From an uncultured delta proteobacterium (GTDB taxonomy: Bacteria > Myxococcota_A > Polyangia > Polyangiales > Polyangiaceae): a stretch of DNA of 64,000 nt. The DNA is taken from NCBI GenBank assembly GCA_963850305.1, contig CAWKKR010000011.1, positions 1-64,000 of the forward strand. The letters are read 5' to 3'. The translations under genes were made by a program, and so were the position numbers. Each line of letters begins with the position of its first letter. Within the stretch, counting starts at the first letter, position 1. The notes under the pieces were generated by a model. That model did not search any database. It was not told the DNA's origin and saw only the letters and a list, made by a program, of their open reading frames with translations. Below, in pieces: positions 59,060 through 64,000 of the stretch.

Positions 59060-60159
59060 GACTTGACCTCCTCGGTGGACAGAGCGGACAGGCCGGACGC
59101 CGCTTCCGTCAATTTCGGCGTCTGGCTCTCGAGTGGCAACGTGAAGTGAAAGCTCGCCCCGGGTCCATTCCGCGGCAAAAGCCAGATCCGTCCGCCGTGC
59201 GCCGCCACCAGCCCGCGGCAAATCGTGAGGCCGAGCCCTGCACCGCCTCTGTCCGTCTCCGCGCGGTAGAACTTGTCGAACACGCGTTCTTCGCTTCCCG
59301 AAGGGACTCCTGGTCCGTCGTCTGCGACTTCGATCTCCACGTCGCGGCCCCTCATCCTTGCGACCACGGTGACCCGCGCCGTCCCGGGCGTGTACTTCGC
59401 CACATTCTCGAGCAAGTTCACGAGAACCTGCTCGATGAGCACCGAATCCAGCGGAACGAGCGGCAGCTCGTCCGGCACTCGGACGACGACGTCGCGCCCA
59501 CCGAGCGTGCTCTCCATGCGGTTAAGCGCGGCGCCGATCACCTCTTCGAGGGGCTCCCACTCTTTTTTTGCGGACACCGCACCGGAATCAAGGCGGCTCA
59601 TGTCGAGCAGGTTCTGGAGCAACCGGTTGAGCCGCTCGGCTTCCTGAAGGATTGTATCCGTGAGCTCACGCCGCACGGATGGCTCGAGCCGCTCGTCGAG
59701 CAAGGTGCTCGCGGCGCCCGTGACGACGGCGAGTGGCGTCTTGAAATCGTGCGAGACGGAGCTGAGCACCGCGTTCCGTAGTTGCTCCGCCTCGATGCGG
59801 AGCCGCGCACGGTGGGCCTCGTCGGCTTGCTCGCGGACGCGCTTGGTCAATCCACTGATCACGACCGCGACGAAGAACATGACGCCGAACGTCGCGATGT
59901 GCCTCAGATCCGAGACGCGGAAGGTGAAGTACGGGGGAACGAAGAAGAAGTCGAACGTCATGACGCTCAGGACGGCTGCGAGTAACGACGGCGCGTAGCC
60001 GAACCGCATCGAGACGATGACGACGCCGAGCAGATACACCATCACGACGTCGGCGAGCTCCTTGTGACCGAGCACGGTCCACGCGATGGCCGTCGCGAGC
60101 GCGACCACGCCACCCCCGGATACGAGGCCGACGAACAGGGCTCGGTTGAGCGTCTTCAC
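59056..60159 (-). CDS. Short KdpD-like sensor kinase (DUF4118 TM domain + HisKA + HATPase)
   Basis: MVYLLGVV, FDFFFVPPYFTF, LSSVSHDFKTPL, EQVLVNLLENVAKY, DDGPG, GLGL. Confidence 0.85.
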   Translation of the reverse strand: MKTLNRALFVGLVSGGGVVALATAIAWTVLGHKELADVVMVYLLGVVIVSMRFGYAPSLLAAVLSVMTFDFFFVPPYFTFRVSDLRHIATFGVMFFVAVVISGLTKRVREQADEAHRARLRIEAEQLRNAVLSSVSHDFKTPLAVVTGAASTLLDERLEPSVRRELTDTILQEAERLNRLLQNLLDMSRLDSGAVSAKKEWEPLEEVIGAALNRMESTLGGRDVVVRVPDELPLVPLDSVLIEQVLVNLLENVAKYTPGTARVTVVARMRGRDVEIEVADDGPGVPSGSEERVFDKFYRAETDRGGAGLGLTICRGLVAAHGGRIWLLPRNGPGASFHFTLPLESQTPKLTEAASGLSALSTEEVKS

Positions 60160-60311
60160 GCACCGTGAAACGTACCCCCAACCCTACTCCGCGGGAAATC
60201 GTGCTCCGGCCGGCGTGAAAGTCGAATGCCCCGTTGCGAGCCCCCAGACTCCGCGCGATAGTCCGTCGGGTGCGGCTCGTGCATTCCCCAGAACACGCGG
60301 TGGGTTGAGGC

Positions 60312-60701
60312 ATGCGCCTCCTCCACACGATGATCCGGGTGGGAAATCTCGAGGCGGCGCTCGCGTTTTATACCGGCGTGCTCGGGATGAAGCTGCTCCG
60401 GAAGAAGGACTACCCAGCGGGCGAATTCACGCTGGCCTTCGTGGGGTACGGGGACGAAGAGTCAGCAGCCGTGATCGAGCTCACCCACAACTGGGGCCGC
60501 TCGAGCTACGACAAGGGGGACGGCTTCGGACACATCGCGATCGGCGCGGCTGACATCCGCGCGGTCTGCGAGCGTGTGCGGAACGCCGGCTACAAGGTGA
60601 CGCGAGAACCCGGCCCGATGAAGCACGGCGGCAGCGTCATCGCGTTCATAGAAGATCCGGATGGGTACAAGGTGGAGCTCATCGAGAAATCCGAGGGCTG
60701 A
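60312..60701 (+). CDS. gloA: Lactoylglutathione lyase (glyoxalase I)
   Basis: MRLLHTMIRVG, FTLAFVGYG, IELTHNWG, GFGHIAI, DPDGYKVELI. Confidence 0.96.
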   Translation: MRLLHTMIRVGNLEAALAFYTGVLGMKLLRKKDYPAGEFTLAFVGYGDEESAAVIELTHNWGRSSYDKGDGFGHIAIGAADIRAVCERVRNAGYKVTREPGPMKHGGSVIAFIEDPDGYKVELIEKSEG

Positions 60702-60704
60702 GCG

Positions 60705-61397
60705 ATGCGTCGAACGGGCGGCGCGGGCGCATCGATATTCCTCCTCGCGGCGAGCTGCACGCCGACTCCGAGCACGACGCCGCTCGGCTGGGGACCCATC
60801 GCGGCGAACATGCGAGCTGATCCGCCGCAGGTGCATCGCGTGGAGGCTCGGCGCGCGAGGCCCAGACCGACCGCACCGGCACCCAGCGAGAGTACGGCTG
60901 CTGCGCCGCCAACCCCGGCAACGGCAGACTCGGCCGCGGCCGCCCCCGGCGCGTCGGGAGCGCCCTCGAACACTACAGGGGGCACACCGGCGGTCGCGGC
61001 GTCGGCATTCGACGGCGCGTTCGCGGGCAACGACGTGACGACGTACCGCCTGACCGGGTTGCCCGATCGCGAAGAGCCCGATCCCAACGCGAAAATCAAC
61101 GCGAAGAGCACGAGCGATCACAGCGTGGATTTCGTGCTGGTCGATAGCTCGAATGGCCAGGACATCTGCACGCTGACGGGCGAAACGCACGGCAACGTCG
61201 CCACGATCGCGGCCGGGCAAAAGTGCTTCGAGCAGAGCGGCGAGGACTCTTCCGCGTCGGCGACGGTGACAAGCGGTTCGGCTACCATCGACGGCTCGAA
61301 GCTCACCTTCGATCTCGAGATGGATTTCGGGATGACCCTCGATGACAAGGCCATGTCGGGAACCCTCGGCTATCATTTCGAGGGCACGCGGCAGTAG
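60705..61397 (+). CDS. Hypothetical lipoprotein
   Basis: LLAASC lipobox, Pro/Ala linker, beta-rich C-terminal domain with a Cys pair. Confidence 0.65.
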   Translation: MRRTGGAGASIFLLAASCTPTPSTTPLGWGPIAANMRADPPQVHRVEARRARPRPTAPAPSESTAAAPPTPATADSAAAAPGASGAPSNTTGGTPAVAASAFDGAFAGNDVTTYRLTGLPDREEPDPNAKINAKSTSDHSVDFVLVDSSNGQDICTLTGETHGNVATIAAGQKCFEQSGEDSSASATVTSGSATIDGSKLTFDLEMDFGMTLDDKAMSGTLGYHFEGTRQ

Positions 61398-62060
61398 ATG
61401 CGCGGCGAGAATCATCCCAGCAAGATCGGGCTGCGCGACGGACGGGAGCGCACGATCGAGCGTCTCACGGCGGCGTTCGTCGCGGACGAGCTCACGCTCG
61501 AACAGTACGAGCAGCGCGTCGACGCCGCGTACGGCTGCAGCGAGCTCGCGGCGCTGCAAGCGCTCATTTCCGATCTAGGGCTGGCGACGACGCTCGCGAG
61601 GCAACAGGCGGAACCCGCGCTCCTCGTACCGGCGGCGCCGAGCGGCGCAGGACTCGCGCGCGTCGAGCGCGGTGCGGCCCGGGCCCAGACGCGAACCGTC
61701 GCGATCCTCGGCAACGTCGAACGTCGAGGTCTGTCCGGCCGGGCTCACGAGGTTCTCTCCGTGCTCGGCAACGTGGAGCTCGATCTGCGGACGCTCGAGC
61801 TGCCACCCGGTGTCACGACGCTCCACGTGCGTGCCGTGTTCGGCAACGTCGAGATCACGGTGCCGCCGGACATGTTCATCGAGAGCGACGGCGCCGGGAT
61901 CCTCGGTTCGTTCGGGCACGTGAGTCGTGTGCCGAGCGACGGCGAGGGAGCCGACTCGGTGCTGCGCATCACCGGCAAAGCCGTGTTCGGCAACGTCGAG
62001 ATCCGGACACGGCCTCGGGATTTGGCAGAGCGCCCTCCACGACTGTTACCGTCGGGCTAG
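61398..62060 (+). CDS. DUF1707 (SHOCT-like) plus LiaF/DUF2154-like domain protein
   Basis: RERTIERL..AF....LTLEQYEQRVD.A, VLGNVELDLR, AVFGNVEI.VP. Confidence 0.8.
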   Translation: MRGENHPSKIGLRDGRERTIERLTAAFVADELTLEQYEQRVDAAYGCSELAALQALISDLGLATTLARQQAEPALLVPAAPSGAGLARVERGAARAQTRTVAILGNVERRGLSGRAHEVLSVLGNVELDLRTLELPPGVTTLHVRAVFGNVEITVPPDMFIESDGAGILGSFGHVSRVPSDGEGADSVLRITGKAVFGNVEIRTRPRDLAERPPRLLPSG

Positions 62061-62189
62061 AAGTCCGCGGTCGAGTGACCGGGCGTCGATCGTGCCTGCC
62101 GCCGCGCGGCGGCCGCTAGCTGCCGCCCTGCGGAACGGCCTTGCCGCCACGCGGGACGTGCATGCCGCCACGCGGAACGGCCAAGGCGT

Positions 62190-63260
62190 CTACTTGCCGA
62201 CCTTGACGAACTTCAACGTCATGCGATCGCTCTCGCCGATCGCGGCGTACTTGTCGTGGTCCTTGTCCTTCATGCGGAACGAGGGTGGGAGCGTCCACAC
62301 GCCTTCGGGATAGTCTTTCGTGTCCTTCGGGTTGGCGTTGATCTCGCTCTTGCCGGCGAGCTTGAACCCCGCTTTCTCGATCTGCGAAACGAGCCAGTCC
62401 TGCGGCAGGTAGCCGTTCTTCGCGCTTTCGTCGGGGTTCGCACCGGACGCCGCGCGGTGTTGCACGACGCCGAGGATGCCGTTCGTCTTGAGCGCATGAT
62501 GGAACGCATCCAGCCACGCGGTGAGCTCGCCGGAACGTTGCAACCCGTGCGACTCGCGAATCAGGAGGACCATGTCCAGGGTACCGTCCTCAGCCAGGGC
62601 TGGTTTCTTGGGATCAATCACGACGCGCTCGACCTTGCCGAAGCATTCCGGCGCTTTCTCGAGCATCAGCTGTTCGCGATGACCTCCGAGAGCTCCGCGG
62701 TCCGTTTTCGGTCCGTTCGGGTCGGTCGTGGTGACGAGGAGCTTGCCCTTCTTGGCAAGCAGAGGGGCGAGGAGCTCCGTGTACCAGCCCTCACCTGGGC
62801 TGTATTCGAGCACCTTCATCTTCGGAGTCAGACCGAAGAACTCGAGAGTCTCCACAGGGTGGCGATACTGATCTCGCTCGGGGTTCCCTGGTTTACGAGT
62901 CGGGCTCTTGAGCACCGCGGTCAGTCCGGCCTTGAGCGACGGATAGCTCTTCTCCGACAGCGCCTTGCACTCCGCGTGAAGCGCGGGCGTGAAACGAGCA
63001 GTTTCGGTTGCGGCCGTCGCGTCTGCTTTCGCCCAGTCTTCCGGTGTAGGGGGCGCGTCCTCGGCATTGACGGTCGGGACGGCGCTCGGCGCCGGTGCTT
63101 CCGCAGGCGTTGCAGAGACAGCCGCGGAAGCTGCGGGCGCCGCGGGGGCAGCAGGAGCCACACTCGCAACGGGGGCGGGCGGTGACGCCGGAGCCTGGGT
63201 CGATCCGCCGCATGCGGCGGGAAACACGCACAAGGCAACCAAAGTGAGACGAAGTTTCAT
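62190..63260 (-). CDS. Predicted SAM-dependent methyltransferase lipoprotein (COG4798-like)
   Basis: PAAC lipobox, RDQYRHPVETLEFFG, PGEGWYTELLAP, SEINANPKD, GVWTLPP, IGESDRMTLKF. Confidence 0.82.
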   Translation of the reverse strand: MKLRLTLVALCVFPAACGGSTQAPASPPAPVASVAPAAPAAPAASAAVSATPAEAPAPSAVPTVNAEDAPPTPEDWAKADATAATETARFTPALHAECKALSEKSYPSLKAGLTAVLKSPTRKPGNPERDQYRHPVETLEFFGLTPKMKVLEYSPGEGWYTELLAPLLAKKGKLLVTTTDPNGPKTDRGALGGHREQLMLEKAPECFGKVERVVIDPKKPALAEDGTLDMVLLIRESHGLQRSGELTAWLDAFHHALKTNGILGVVQHRAASGANPDESAKNGYLPQDWLVSQIEKAGFKLAGKSEINANPKDTKDYPEGVWTLPPSFRMKDKDHDKYAAIGESDRMTLKFVKVGK

Positions 63261-63356
63261 CGACGAGCCCTTTCTTTCGATAGCGTCTTATCGTCCCGTC
63301 GCCCGCGATTGGCAACCCGGCAATCGAGAAGGCTGTGCCTATACTCGCGTCGCTCC

Positions 63357-64000
63357 GTGGCCATTCTTTTCATCGCTCTTTTCAACAGCATCCTCGGTCT
63401 CTCGGTTCTGTTTCCGATCCTGGCGCCTCTCGGGCGCGTTCTCGGTCTCACGGAGCTGCAGGTCGGGAGTCTCTCGACGGCCTATGCGCTGATGCAGCTC
63501 GTCGCGAGCCCGCTCTGGGGCAAGCGGAGCGAGCGCGTCGGTCGAAAGCCGGTGCTCCTTACGGGAGTGCTCGGCTTCGCTGGCGGGTTCCTGGCGTTTG
63601 GCGTCGTGTGCGCGCTCGGGGTGAGCCACGAGCTGTCGCCGACTCCGCTCTACCTTCTTCTCGTACTCTCGCGCGCCGGGGGCGGGATGTTCTCGTCAGC
63701 GACGATCCCGACGGCGCAGGCTTACGTCGCCGACATCACGGGCCGCGAGGATCGGACTTCGGGGATGGCCGTCATCGGCGCCGCGTTCGGGCTCGGGATC
63801 ATCTTCGGCCCGGCTATCGGCGCCGGGCTCGCCACGGTGAGCCTGCTCGCCCCCATCTACTTCTCGGCCGGGCTGGCCCTGGTGAACGCGTTCTTCATCG
63901 CCTTCCGTCTGAAAGAGCCGGAGCGCCATGTGCGGTCGACCCCCCCTGCGCTCGGTCCCGTCGCGATGAAGGTGTGGCCCCTGCTCTGCGTGGGCGTCGC
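63357..64000 (+). CDS. MFS transporter (TetA/DHA1-like), partial at the window edge
   Basis: Reads ILGLSVLFPILAPL...YALMQL..SPLWG..SERVGRKPVL...AQAYVADIT...GAAFGLGIIFGPAIG. Start uncertain. Confidence 0.85.
   Translation, partial: MAILFIALFNSILGLSVLFPILAPLGRVLGLTELQVGSLSTAYALMQLVASPLWGKRSERVGRKPVLLTGVLGFAGGFLAFGVVCALGVSHELSPTPLYLLLVLSRAGGGMFSSATIPTAQAYVADITGREDRTSGMAVIGAAFGLGIIFGPAIGAGLATVSLLAPIYFSAGLALVNAFFIAFRLKEPERHVRSTPPALGPVAMKVWPLLCVGV

Noticed and set aside
30770..64000. Large horizontally transferred island from a myxobacterium into an actinomycete
   Set aside because: No integrase, att site or tRNA. Both genes at the border are cut mid-sequence, the segment carries housekeeping genes, and the junction looks adapter-derived.

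Overview
This window does not look like one genome. Bases 1 to ~30770 read as a very GC-rich actinomycete chromosome segment: infB-ylxR-nusA-rimP, DUF4439, a HelD-type helicase, a TetR-associated redox cluster, a ProA-like gene, a GNAT, a sugar ABC transporter with DeoR, ispG-rseP-dxr, a 10-methyl fatty acid methyltransferase/reductase pair, DUF4192 and a truncated mshC. Bases ~30805 to 64000 read as a myxobacterial (Polyangiaceae-like) segment: a truncated dapE, a ~1970-codon Cys-rich repeat protein, leuA, a QEGLA metallopeptidase, a sulfite/nitrite reductase, proS, a metB-like gene, a cls operon, an orphan KdpD/E-like pair, gloA and an MFS transporter. The halves meet mid-gene at ~30766-30806, across a short stretch resembling back-to-back Oxford Nanopore adapter remnants, with frameshifts on both flanks. 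The best explanation is a chimeric read or assembly. The best-supported unannotated signals are a Leu-rich leader peptide plus terminator upstream of leuA, paired 20-bp operator-like sites at 8780 and 8909, an Rrf2/IscR-like inverted repeat upstream of the sulfite reductase, and a palindrome next to a minimal GntR gene. The best candidates for an undescribed system are the cls / TPR-methyltransferase / degenerate-Fic / GT2 operon and the TetR::ParB-like in-frame fusion. I recognised no CRISPR array, rRNA, tRNA, transposase or integrase. All calls come from motif recognition by eye, with no database searches, and taxonomic assignments are inferences.
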